A stretch of 64,000 nucleotides of DNA from Deferribacteres bacterium (GTDB taxonomy: Bacteria > Zhuqueibacterota > Zhuqueibacteria > Zhuqueibacterales > Geothermadaptataceae), in contig JACKDE010000003.1 of the NCBI GenBank assembly GCA_020633675.1, forward strand, positions 459,633 through 523,632, read 5' to 3'. The notes beneath the pieces were generated by a model. It was not told the origin of the DNA. It did no database searches and worked only from the letters and a program-made list of their open reading frames with translations. The position numbers and the translations under genes are program-made. Below, piece by piece: positions 1-8,779 of this stretch (positions within the stretch are counted from its first letter, which is position 1; every line of letters starts with the position of its first letter).

Positions 1-173
1 TTAGCAAAGCACTGTTCGAAAATGATATCTTTGCCATGTCAATCACCTTCCCGACTGTGCCGCAAGGCACGGAGCGCATCCGGCTGATGAATAGCGCCAC
101 CCACTCCGAAAAAGACATTCAGTTCGCACTCGACGCGTTCGAAAAAGTCGGCAAAGACCTGAAAGTCATCTGA
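1..173 (+). CDS. C-terminal fragment of a PLP-dependent alpha-oxoamine synthase (Kbl/BioF-like); 5' end lies outside the window
   Basis: Frame 3 reads ...[47 protein letters not shown] and stops at TGA 171-173. This resembles the conserved C-terminal VP.G..RIR...SA.H block of 2-amino-3-ketobutyrate CoA ligase / 8-amino-7-oxononanoate synthase as I remember it. It is absent from the ORF track because no start lies in the window. Confidence 0.6.
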   Translation, partial: SKALFENDIFAMSITFPTVPQGTERIRLMNSATHSEKDIQFALDAFEKVGKDLKVI

Positions 174-415
174 TTTTTTGCAGGGGCGGCCCACCGGATC
201 GCCCCTGCAAATTCATCATCATTTTTCTCCAAACTGCCCCATCTTCCCATTCACTGCTCATATCGCGCTGCTTATACTCACCACATATATGGAATTTTTG
301 TTACGTACAACCTGTTCAACTTTTTGTATCCACAGGCATCGCAAGAGTGCTGCTTCAAGCGAAGCCACTAATTGGAATCCTTGTTCAAACAACCCAAATT
401 CATCGAGGAAACATA

Positions 416-1195
416 ATGATTGCATCGATCATCCAATTGAGCATTTTATTTTTTGTCAGTTTTTTTCACATGCTGCATTTTTCGGCAAATCTACAACCTG
501 CTGCAGCATATTCCGGCGGAAATGGCTTTGCTGTGATCGAGCTTTTTACTTCCGAAAGCTGATCGAGTTGCCCCCCTGCTGACCAGTTGGCCGGCGAGCT
601 TTACCGCAGCTATCGCGCACAAAATCAAAACGTTTTTGTGCTGGCGTTTCATGTCGATTACTGGAATCATCTGCACTGGAACGATCCGTACAGCAGTCGC
701 GCATACACCGACCGTCAGCGCGCCTATGCGCGCATTCTCGATATTCGGTCGCTGTATACGCCACAAATGGTCATCAATGGCCAGATCGAATTTACCGGCT
801 CCAACCGCTCGAAAGCACTCAAGGCGATCGATTTCTCCCTGGCGTCTTCGTCTGCCGCCAAAATCGAGCTTGAGGCACTTTCCCCGCAAGCCACACCCGC
901 TTTTCAGCTCAACTACCGCGTGACTGGTGCAGACACTGGCACGGACATCCATTTTGCGCTGGTTGAAGGGGGCTTGGTGCGCAAAATTGGTCGCGGCGAG
1001 AATGCGGGCAAAACGCTCCGCCATGAGCATGTTGTACGCGCTTTCCGCACCGAACATCTGGATGGCAACATGAGCGCGACCACAGCCGTCAATCTCCCGC
1101 GCGATCTGAAGTTCCGGAATGCGAAAATCGTTGTTTACACCCAACAGCGCGACAGCGGTCACATTACTGCTGCTGCAGAATTATCATTGCAGTGA
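416..1195 (+). CDS. DUF1223-family thioredoxin-fold protein with an in-frame TGA (560-562) at the first Cys of the CxxC motif: candidate selenoprotein (UxxC), alternatively a pseudogene
   Basis: ORFs 347..562 and 587..1195 share one frame. The joined reading is MIASIIQLSILFFVSFFHMLHFSA(signal-like)...NGFAVIELFTSES-TGA-SSCPPADQLAGELY...VLAFHVDYWNHLHWNDPY...YTPQMVINGQ, and the remembered family consensus is ELFTS.GCSSCPPAD. GAGGAA lies 6 nt upstream of ATG 416. The downstream piece alone has only a TTG start and would lack both the signal peptide and the redox motif. Confidence 0.6.
578..595 (+). promoter_or_regulatory. Candidate SECIS-like hairpin downstream of the in-frame UGA
   Basis: GCUGACC-AGUU-GGCCGGC folds as G-C, C-G, U.G, G-C, an A/C mismatch, C-G, C-G with a 4-nt G/U-containing loop. 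The stem starts 16 nt after the UGA. It is short and imperfect and was not evaluated with a SECIS model. Confidence 0.3.
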
Positions 1196-1349
1196 GCCAT
1201 CTTTGTGCAGTCTGCAGGCTCGAACCTGCTCGCTCCCCAATCGGCGCTTGGCTTTCGTTCTGCAAAAATTGCATTTCTGCAGCTTGCCTGCTATCATATC
1301 AAACTGTTTGCGCTAAACCGGCCATCCCACATCCTGCAAGGAATACAAA

Positions 1350-3845
1350 ATGAATCGCCCAAAATCCCATTTGGTACTCTGGTCTTTTTTGTTCGCCACT
1401 ATCTTTGCGTCGCCTGTCATTTTGCTGGCACAAATGCGAAGCAATCCATCGGCTGCCGAAATCCAGCTTGCTTTGCAGAAGATGCAAACAATGGGCAGCG
1501 TATTGTATATCGGCGCCCACCCGGATGATGAAAACAACGACTTGCTGAGCTATCTCGCACAAAGCGCACACTACCGCACTGCATACTTATCCGCCACCCG
1601 TGGCGATGGCGGGCAAAACCATATTGGCGATGAACTGGGCGCCAGTCTCGGGATTTTGCGTACCCAGGAATTGTTGGCTGCTCGACGTATCGATGGTGGC
1701 GAACAGTTTTTTTCACGCGCGCTCGATTTTGGTTATACGACTTCACCGGAGGCAACGCTGAAGAAATGGGGACACGAGGCGATTTTGGCGGACTTTGTCT
1801 GGGTTATCCGGCGTTTTCAGCCCGATATCATGATTGCCCGCTTCCCCACTACCGGCGAAGGTCGGCATGGCCACCACACCGCCTCGGCCATACTCGCCGG
1901 CGAGGCATTCCGTGCCGCTGCTGATCCACAGCGCTTCCCCGAGCAGCTCGAATATGTGCAGCCCTGGCAGGCCAAAAGGTTACTTTGGAATGCCTGGCCA
2001 GAGGTCATTTCTGCACGCGGTGGCGATCCTGCAAAATTGATCAAAATGGATATCGGCAGCTTCAATCCACTGCTTGGGCAGTCCTATACAGAAATCGGCG
2101 CAGCAGCGCGCAGCATGCACAAATGTCAGGGGATGGGCACGCTCAGTTCGCGCGGCCCTGAAATTGAATATTTTGAGGTTTTGAATGGCGAGTCGGCTTC
2201 GAATGCTTTGTTCGAAAATATCGACACCAGTTGGAAGCGCATCGATGGCGGCATTGCAGTCGGCTGGCAGCTGGCAGAAGCGCTGCATAGCTTCGAGCCT
2301 GCCGCGCCGCAGAAAACCCTGCCTGCGCTGGCAAAGGCCTATCGTGAGTTACAGAGTCTGCCAAAGAGCCAGTGGATCGATTATAAAATGCGCGAGCTTA
2401 AAACGCTGATCAAAGCCTGCGCAGGCTTGTGGATGCAGGCAATCGCAGACGACTATTCAGCCGCCCCCGGAGACTCGGTCCACATTACGACGACGCTGAT
2501 CAACCGCAGCGATGCGCAGATCGAATTAGCCGCACTCAAAATCAACGAATTTTCCTGGCAGCAAACCACCGATCTGCCGAACAACCAGCCATTCGCGCAG
2601 CGCATCGCTATAGCTCTGCCAGCCGATGCACCCATTTCGCAACCGTATTGGCTGCGTCAGCCAGCACTCCCTGGCCGGTATGTGGTCGAGGATCAACAAC
2701 TGATCGGCCGTCCGGAAAATGCGCCTGCGCTGGCGGTGCAGGCAAAAGTTCGCATCGGCGATGCTGAGCTGGAATTCGATTTGCCGGTAGAATATCGCTG
2801 GCGCGATCAATTCGATGGCGACCGCTATCGTCCATTTGAAATCGTGCCCAAAGCCACCGCCAATATCGAGCAGAGCGCTTACATTTTCGTGGATCAGCAA
2901 GCCAAGCCGGTGCGTGTGCGGATTAAAAGCGGCCGCAACAATATCACTGGAACACTCCACCTTGAATTGCCTGCAGGCTGGAATGCAAAACCGGCTTCAC
3001 ACATTTTTTCGCTCCAGCACAAAGAAGATGAGGCATTGCTGGCATTTTCCGTCCATCCTCCTGCGCAAGCCTCCGATGCTCCCATACGTGCCTTGCTGCA
3101 AATCGATGGGCAAACGCTCTCTCAGGAACTGGTTCGGATCGATTACAAGCACGTGCCCATGAATAGTTATTTTCCCCCAGCTTCCGCACGCGCAATCCGG
3201 CTCGACCTGAAAAAGGGCGATGAAAAAATAGGCTATGTGATGGGTGCGGGCGATCTCGTCCAGCAGAGTCTGGAGCAAATCGGCTATTCTGTAACATTGC
3301 TGTCGGATGATGATCTCGAAAAAAACGATTTGAGTGCGTTTCAAACCATCATCACCGGTGTGCGCGCTTATTCAACACGCCAGCGCTTGAAGCAACTACA
3401 CCAGCGCTTGCTGGATTTTGTTGCGGCCGGCGGTACGCTGGTGGTGCAGTACAATGGTAATCGCGGCAATGTGATCGACAATATCGGGCCATACCCGATG
3501 CGGCTGAGCTTCGAGCGCGTCGATGAAGAAGACGCCCCTATCACTTTTGTCGCGCCGGATCATCCACTGCTGAACCGGCCAAATCGCATCACCCAGCAAG
3601 ATTTCGAGGGTTGGGTGCATGATCGCGGTATTTACTTTGCCGACCAATATGACCCGCACTATCAAACCGTGCTTTCCAGCCACGATACCGGAAAAGCGCC
3701 TCTCGAAGGTGGCCTGTTGTATGCTAAATATGGCAAAGGCATTTTCATCTACACCGGCCTGTCCTTTTTCCGGCAATTGCCTGCCGGCGTACCCGGTGGT
3801 TACAGACTGCTGGTCAACCTGATCTCGGCGAAACAAGGAGAATAG
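1350..3845 (+). CDS. PIG-L (LmbE-like) family deacetylase with a long C-terminal extension, secreted
   Basis: N-terminal signal peptide (LFATIFASPVILLAQ). PIG-L signature GAHPDDENNDLLSYL...RGDGGQN plus GEGRHGHH. AAGGAA RBS before the ATG. 831 aa. Confidence 0.8.
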   Translation: MNRPKSHLVLWSFLFATIFASPVILLAQMRSNPSAAEIQLALQKMQTMGSVLYIGAHPDDENNDLLSYLAQSAHYRTAYLSATRGDGGQNHIGDELGASLGILRTQELLAARRIDGGEQFFSRALDFGYTTSPEATLKKWGHEAILADFVWVIRRFQPDIMIARFPTTGEGRHGHHTASAILAGEAFRAAADPQRFPEQLEYVQPWQAKRLLWNAWPEVISARGGDPAKLIKMDIGSFNPLLGQSYTEIGAAARSMHKCQGMGTLSSRGPEIEYFEVLNGESASNALFENIDTSWKRIDGGIAVGWQLAEALHSFEPAAPQKTLPALAKAYRELQSLPKSQWIDYKMRELKTLIKACAGLWMQAIADDYSAAPGDSVHITTTLINRSDAQIELAALKINEFSWQQTTDLPNNQPFAQRIAIALPADAPISQPYWLRQPALPGRYVVEDQQLIGRPENAPALAVQAKVRIGDAELEFDLPVEYRWRDQFDGDRYRPFEIVPKATANIEQSAYIFVDQQAKPVRVRIKSGRNNITGTLHLELPAGWNAKPASHIFSLQHKEDEALLAFSVHPPAQASDAPIRALLQIDGQTLSQELVRIDYKHVPMNSYFPPASARAIRLDLKKGDEKIGYVMGAGDLVQQSLEQIGYSVTLLSDDDLEKNDLSAFQTIITGVRAYSTRQRLKQLHQRLLDFVAAGGTLVVQYNGNRGNVIDNIGPYPMRLSFERVDEEDAPITFVAPDHPLLNRPNRITQQDFEGWVHDRGIYFADQYDPHYQTVLSSHDTGKAPLEGGLLYAKYGKGIFIYTGLSFFRQLPAGVPGGYRLLVNLISAKQGE

Positions 3846-3926
3846 ACAATTAGTCTGTAGGCTGAAAGTTTTTAGAAGATTTCTACAGCCTGATAGTCTA
3901 CAGCCTATCCACCTGTCTTCAAAACG

Positions 3927-4625
3927 ATGTCAAAAAAAATAGATGTGCTGCTGGAGATGCTGCAGCATCCCCCGCACAATCACAACATTTTCAATCCGTG
4001 GTACGACAACGATCATGAGAATGACGGCGGGCCGCGTGCGCCGGAAATTCGCCGCTGGCAGTTGGATGCGTACCTGCGTACGCGCCTGCGCAGGGCGAAA
4101 TATCTGCTGCTGGCGGAGGCCGTCGGCTATCAGGGCGGCCATTTCAGCGGCATCGCCATGACCTCCGAGCGCATTTTGCTGGGCCAGCTCGCCGACCGCG
4201 GTGTGCTGCCCGAGCATGTACTGCCGAATCGCAAGGCTCGGCAGACCAGCCACCCAGCCAAATTTGTCAATGGCTTTTCCGAGCCGACCGCTACCATTGT
4301 CTGGCAGGCGCTCATGCATTCCGGTCTCGATCCGGCGGAATTTGTGCTGTGGAATATTTTCCCCTGGCATCCGTTTCAGCCGGAAAAGGGTCTGCTCAGC
4401 AACCGCACACCAACCAATAGCGAGCTGCAGTCAGCCATCCCGATTGTGGAGTATGTGTTACGGACATTCAAAAAAGCCAAGATTGCCGCGGTGGGGCGAA
4501 AATCGGCAGGGATTTTGGAACAACTTGGGGTGCAGGCCACCGCCATGCGTCATCCGGCGCAGGGCGGCGCCACACTTTTCCGCCAGCAGTTTGCGGCGTG
4601 GGTGAGCACGTCTCAGGATAGATAG
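3927..4625 (+). CDS. Uracil-DNA glycosylase superfamily protein
   Basis: A motif-A-like segment LLLAEAVGYQGGHFSGIAMTSE and a C-terminal MRHPAQGG block (HPS-type motif B position), at a size typical of UDG-fold proteins. The subfamily is not resolved. Confidence 0.55.
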   Translation: MSKKIDVLLEMLQHPPHNHNIFNPWYDNDHENDGGPRAPEIRRWQLDAYLRTRLRRAKYLLLAEAVGYQGGHFSGIAMTSERILLGQLADRGVLPEHVLPNRKARQTSHPAKFVNGFSEPTATIVWQALMHSGLDPAEFVLWNIFPWHPFQPEKGLLSNRTPTNSELQSAIPIVEYVLRTFKKAKIAAVGRKSAGILEQLGVQATAMRHPAQGGATLFRQQFAAWVSTSQDR

Positions 4626-4917
4626 CGCGCTCCACGAACACATTCTATCCAGTTCATGCAATGGACTGCGTAGCTCTCCTCCCCGACATACTAATCTTTT
4701 TTTGACCACCAAAACAGCCAAAGCACTTGCTACAACGCCAACTGCCTGCAAGCTGCCGAAAACATACCGCGCACAAACATTCAGTAAGCGTAGTCTCTTG
4801 TGTTAATGTCGCCAGAATAGCACAGCATGCTTTCAACCAGCTTCACAGAAACTGATGGATGTCAACCTATTTTCAAAACCGCACGCCTGCTCAGCAACCG
4901 CAACACTGGCGCAATCT

Positions 4918-6033
4918 TCAATCAGCAGCTCTCGCTGAGGGCGTAAAAAAGTACTTTTTGATCATGAGCACCCAGACCGCGATGCCGATGACGAACAGAA
5001 CCAGAAACAAAATCAGCACATCCAGTTGCGTTTTGACCACCAGGTCGCTCGATTTGAAATAGGGGGACAGGTACGCCGTGCGCAAAATATCCCGCATGAT
5101 GGCCATAAAAACGACCACAATCCCGGTGATTCCCATCGCCCAAATGGCCGGTTTTCTCGGGTCTTCATTTCGAATGCCATTGGACATCACAAAGATGGAC
5201 GCCAGCCCACCTAGGATGCTGATCAGCAGAGAAACGGTGCCCAACATGTTACCACCCATGAATTGCAGCATCAACTCCCGGGGAAGGCTGATCAAAAACC
5301 AGATGCCTACTAAAAACTGCACCATCGTGGCATACATAAACCATTTCCCGCCACGGACGATCAAAAAGCGGGCATAGTCCTGTTCTCTTTTCCAGCGAAA
5401 AAGTCCAATGATGATCAGAAGAAAAGAACCAATTGCGATCGACGCGACCAGGAAATGCAAAAATCGCGGGATCAGGGTTGTTTCAGACAGGTTCAAGTTC
5501 CAGCCGGACGGATCATGAAAATATTTCGCTGCCCAGGAAGAGGGCGTGTTCATCAAGGTAAAATTGTTGCTGTAGAAAAATCCCACCAGGAAGATGAAGA
5601 ACACACTGATCAGCATTAGCCACCCTATGCTTCGGGATTTTTTATCCTTGTTGAATGAGACGATGTAGAATCCGTAATAAGCCAACACTAATAAAACCAG
5701 CACCAAAAACCATGGCCAGGCCATGATGATGGATGAAGTGTAAAGGAACTGGCCATAGAGCACTTGTACAAAAAGCAACGGCGCGATCCCGAGTGTAACC
5801 GTTGCCGCCAGCAGTGATGGGATTTTGGGGACAATGTCCTTGAACAAGCGTTGATCCTTGTCATTTTTCTGCCCAAAAAATCTGGTCCATACAGCAATAA
5901 GGCCACCACCAAACATGAAGTTCATCACCACTATATGGAGAATAAAGGTTAACACCAACAACACTTTAAAAAGCCAGAATGGCGCTGGAAGTGGCATGGG
6001 ATCAATTGCAGGAATGATGATTTCCGTACCCAT
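4918..6033 (-). CDS. Polytopic membrane protein, probable second subunit (CydA-paralog-like) of the bd-like oxidoreductase
   Basis: About 9-10 hydrophobic helices. Its N-terminal helix LTFILHIVVMNFMFGGGL mirrors helix 1 of the upstream CydA-like protein (ITHVFVSHFAIGGGL). GAGGAG RBS. It starts 32 nt after the upstream gene's stop on the same strand. Confidence 0.6.
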   Translation of the reverse strand: MGTEIIIPAIDPMPLPAPFWLFKVLLVLTFILHIVVMNFMFGGGLIAVWTRFFGQKNDKDQRLFKDIVPKIPSLLAATVTLGIAPLLFVQVLYGQFLYTSSIIMAWPWFLVLVLLVLAYYGFYIVSFNKDKKSRSIGWLMLISVFFIFLVGFFYSNNFTLMNTPSSWAAKYFHDPSGWNLNLSETTLIPRFLHFLVASIAIGSFLLIIIGLFRWKREQDYARFLIVRGGKWFMYATMVQFLVGIWFLISLPRELMLQFMGGNMLGTVSLLISILGGLASIFVMSNGIRNEDPRKPAIWAMGITGIVVVFMAIMRDILRTAYLSPYFKSSDLVVKTQLDVLILFLVLFVIGIAVWVLMIKKYFFTPSARAAD

Positions 6034-6065
6034 GATTCTTCTCCTCTATCTTGAATGTATATTTG

Positions 6066-7619
6066 CTATTTAAACTGTACCGGAATCCAGCGGGCTAAAG
6101 CTTCCCGTTCTGCGTCGCTGCCCTCGAAGGGCGGCATTTCCTCGCTCAGGGAATCCAGCCTGGTGATCAAATAGGATACCTCGGAGAAATCATATTTCCC
6201 CATGGAGACAAACATGGTATCACTCGCAGCATATTCATGGCAGTCGGCACAATTTGCTTCGAAAACGACTTCGCCGCTGATATCGATGTCCGTCACTTCA
6301 ACATCTTCAGGCGCGACCGGCGCCAGTGTGGTCAGGTATGCTGCCAGCGTCTCTCTCTCCTCATCTGTTCCCGCAAATGGCGGCATGACCGCGTTGAACA
6401 TATTTTCCAGAGATGAAATCCTGCGGGAAATTGCCGTTTGGCTCCATTTTTTCTCAACAAGCACCTTCCGGATGCCTCGATATCCGTCGATAGTATGGCA
6501 GCTTTGGCATTGAATCCTGAAAATCTCCATGCCTGCTGCCATTTGGTTCTCGCTCGTTATCTCCTTACTCTCGGCCCATTTGGCGACCGGAAGAAGTCCC
6601 TTTTGTTGTATGTTCTGAATCGACATGCCACCATCACCGGGAAACTGGTCTTTATAGATTGAATTTGCATACATATAATCATAGATGATATAAGGTTTGC
6701 GAATCGCTTCGCGGATAAATTCAAACGAACCCATGGTGCCAAAGGCCAGCAGGAAAATCAGCACACTCAAGGCAAAGGGCACTTTCTTTGGCTTGATTAA
6801 TGTGAGCAGGGAAAAGAGAAAAGTGAGAGCGGAGAAAATCAGGATAGAATTGGCATATTGAGTCGCGGTGGGCATTTTCCCTCTGGCGCTTTCCCACACA
6901 ACATCGGGAATGTTGCCGATGTACCACCAGGCAAAGATCGGAATGATGATGAAAGCGGGGATGATCCACTTCACACTCCATTTGACGATTTTACCCTTCA
7001 ACTCCAGGTCCTTCTGGAGCGTACCGGTGATGAGCGCGTAGACTCCGGCCAGTGCAAAGGCAAAAGTCGTTCTCAACAGCAGGGACGGGAAATAGGTCGG
7101 ATTAAAGAATCCCTGCCAGAAATTCTGCGTTTCCAGCCATTTCCCTGGCGTGAGCATGAAAGCTAAAATACCGTTGATCACCACCATGCTTAGATATGCT
7201 GCGATAAAGTAAATCCAGCCGAGCCAAAGGTGGGTTTTGCGATCCAGTTTATTCCAGCCGTACAGATAAAGCAAGGCAGCCGTGATTTCCAGGAAAAAGA
7301 AAATCCATTCAATTGCCCAACCCCAGACATAAGCGTGAATCAGAGCGCTGGTACCGGATGGATGGATCAGGCCAATGGTAAACCAGATGCCGACCCCTGA
7401 AATCGCGCCAAAAACCACTGTCACCAACACAAAAAACTTGGTGTGTCGCTTCAGCCAGTCCAACAGTGAAGCATCATCTTCCCGGTAGGCTTTTTTTTCG
7501 GTCAGCACCAGGAACAAGCCGCCTCCGATGGCGAAATGGGAGACAAACACATGGGTGATTGCTACAATAGCTATGAGCAATCCCGCACCAAAAGCAACAT
7601 CCCAAACCGGGTAATTCAT
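6066..7619 (-). CDS. Cytochrome bd-type quinol oxidase subunit I (CydA) homolog fused to a C-terminal di-heme cytochrome c domain
   Basis: The N-terminal ~340 aa are polytopic, with a CydA-like helix-1 His (AITHVFVSHFAIGGGLF) and a WGWAIEW block. The C-terminal ~170 aa are soluble and carry two CxxCH motifs (CQSCH, CADCH). GGGAGG RBS. Confidence 0.75.
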   Translation of the reverse strand: MNYPVWDVAFGAGLLIAIVAITHVFVSHFAIGGGLFLVLTEKKAYREDDASLLDWLKRHTKFFVLVTVVFGAISGVGIWFTIGLIHPSGTSALIHAYVWGWAIEWIFFFLEITAALLYLYGWNKLDRKTHLWLGWIYFIAAYLSMVVINGILAFMLTPGKWLETQNFWQGFFNPTYFPSLLLRTTFAFALAGVYALITGTLQKDLELKGKIVKWSVKWIIPAFIIIPIFAWWYIGNIPDVVWESARGKMPTATQYANSILIFSALTFLFSLLTLIKPKKVPFALSVLIFLLAFGTMGSFEFIREAIRKPYIIYDYMYANSIYKDQFPGDGGMSIQNIQQKGLLPVAKWAESKEITSENQMAAGMEIFRIQCQSCHTIDGYRGIRKVLVEKKWSQTAISRRISSLENMFNAVMPPFAGTDEERETLAAYLTTLAPVAPEDVEVTDIDISGEVVFEANCADCHEYAASDTMFVSMGKYDFSEVSYLITRLDSLSEEMPPFEGSDAEREALARWIPVQFK

Positions 7620-7638
7620 CTCGGCCTCCCTTCTTGAA

Positions 7639-7672
7639 GTATTTGATTGTGTATTTGAACACTGTATTTTGA
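7639..7672. repeat. Three direct repeats GTATTTGA / GTATTTGA / GTATTTTGA spaced 12-13 nt, just upstream of the cydA-like start
   Basis: Read directly at 7639-7646, 7651-7658 and 7664-7672. On the transcribed minus strand they read TCAAATAC and lie 20-50 nt upstream of the ATG at 7619. Function unknown. Confidence 0.3.
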
Positions 7673-7966
7673 GGAATGATATGAATTGAACTCGAGAACC
7701 AAACTGAGTTCAGGAAGGATTGTCGTGCAGATAATAAGCGGCTCATCTCTGAATCACTTTTAATCGAATTGTCCGGAGAGATTGCATGCATCGATATCTG
7801 AATTTTTCCAATACATGCGTGTTTGACACAAGTTATCGGCAGCTACGGAATTTGTCCACGAATATCAGGGAGCATTCTGCAACAACAGCATCTTTCTGCA
7901 AATGCATAGTCAAAATATTCCATCGCTGAAACCAGCAAAAGCTTTATCCATCCCCATAGCAGATTG

Positions 7967-8003
7967 GCAAAGCTGCAAAGAAAGTGCTTCTCTTGCAGCT
8001 TGC
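7967..8003 (-). terminator. Possible hairpin terminator after pdxJ
   Basis: Inverted repeat AAGCTGCAA ... TTGCAGCTT (9 perfect bp, extendable with one bulge, 14-nt loop), about 17 nt downstream of the pdxJ stop. There is no clear U-tract. Confidence 0.35.
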
Positions 8004-8020
8004 ACAGTCTAAAACTCCCC

Positions 8021-8734
8021 TTACCGTACCAAATCCAGCATGTCACGGACGGCGCGTTCCATCCCCACCATCACGGCTTTGCTGACTATGGCGTGGCCAA
8101 TGTTGATCTCTTCAACGGCCGCAATGCGGGCAATGTCGCCGACGTTTTGATACCCCAATCCGACGCCTGCACTGACGCCCAACCCGAGCTTGCTGGCGCC
8201 CATCGCGACCGCCCGGATGCGCTCGACTTCATCCATAATCTCATTGTAGTCGGTGCTTTTTGAATACACACCTGTGTAAATTTCGATGAAATCGACTTTG
8301 AGCTTGGCCGCGGCGCGAATTTGATGCACTGCCGGCTCGATCAGCAGATTGATGGCAAGGTTTTGTGTGCGCAGCATATCGACCACTTCCTGCAAATAAT
8401 CGAGATGGGTGTTGGCATCGAGCGCAGTTTCGCCATGCTCCTCCTTCCAACGCTCCGGCACCAAGGTCACCATATCCGGCACCACCTCCAGCGCGACCTT
8501 GATGAGTTCTTCGGTTGGTGCGATCTGCAGATTGAAGTGGCTTTTCACAATTTCTTTTAGCAGGTAAACATCTTTTTCGGTAATATGGTTGCGGTCCTCA
8601 CGCAGATGGCAAACGATGCCATCAGCACCAGCTTGTTCGATCAGCACCGACGCAGCTACCGGGTCCGGCAATTTGCTGCCTGCAGACTTGCGCAGCACCG
8701 CGATCTGATCAACCTTCACTCCCAATCTCGCCAT
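8021..8734 (-). CDS. pdxJ: Pyridoxine 5'-phosphate synthase
   Basis: MARLGVKVDQIAVLRKS...PDPVAASVLIEQAGADGIVCHLREDRNHI matches the PdxJ N-terminal signature. 237 aa, the typical length. GAGGAG RBS. Confidence 0.9.
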   Translation of the reverse strand: MARLGVKVDQIAVLRKSAGSKLPDPVAASVLIEQAGADGIVCHLREDRNHITEKDVYLLKEIVKSHFNLQIAPTEELIKVALEVVPDMVTLVPERWKEEHGETALDANTHLDYLQEVVDMLRTQNLAINLLIEPAVHQIRAAAKLKVDFIEIYTGVYSKSTDYNEIMDEVERIRAVAMGASKLGLGVSAGVGLGYQNVGDIARIAAVEEINIGHAIVSKAVMVGMERAVRDMLDLVR

Positions 8735-8779
8735 TTCCTCTCCTCAGTTTCATTGGATCATCGGTGAAATTTCAGCTCA

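Noticed and set aside
178-1162. ORFs 178..582 (+), 491..1162 (-), 546..764 (-) and 636..923 (+) overlapping the DUF1223 locus
   Set aside because: The frame containing ELFTSE...SSCPPAD...HVDYW...YTPQMVING matches a known family across its whole length. The overlapping ORFs have no recognisable motifs and an odd composition.
3851-3908. Repeated motif TAGTCTGTAGGCTGA / TTCTACAGCCTGA / TAGTCTACAGCCTAT between the PIG-L and UDG-like genes
   Set aside because: It can form only a 6-7-bp stem with a ~20-nt loop and has no U-tract. It is too short to distinguish a weak terminator or operator from chance, so I noted it but did not call it.
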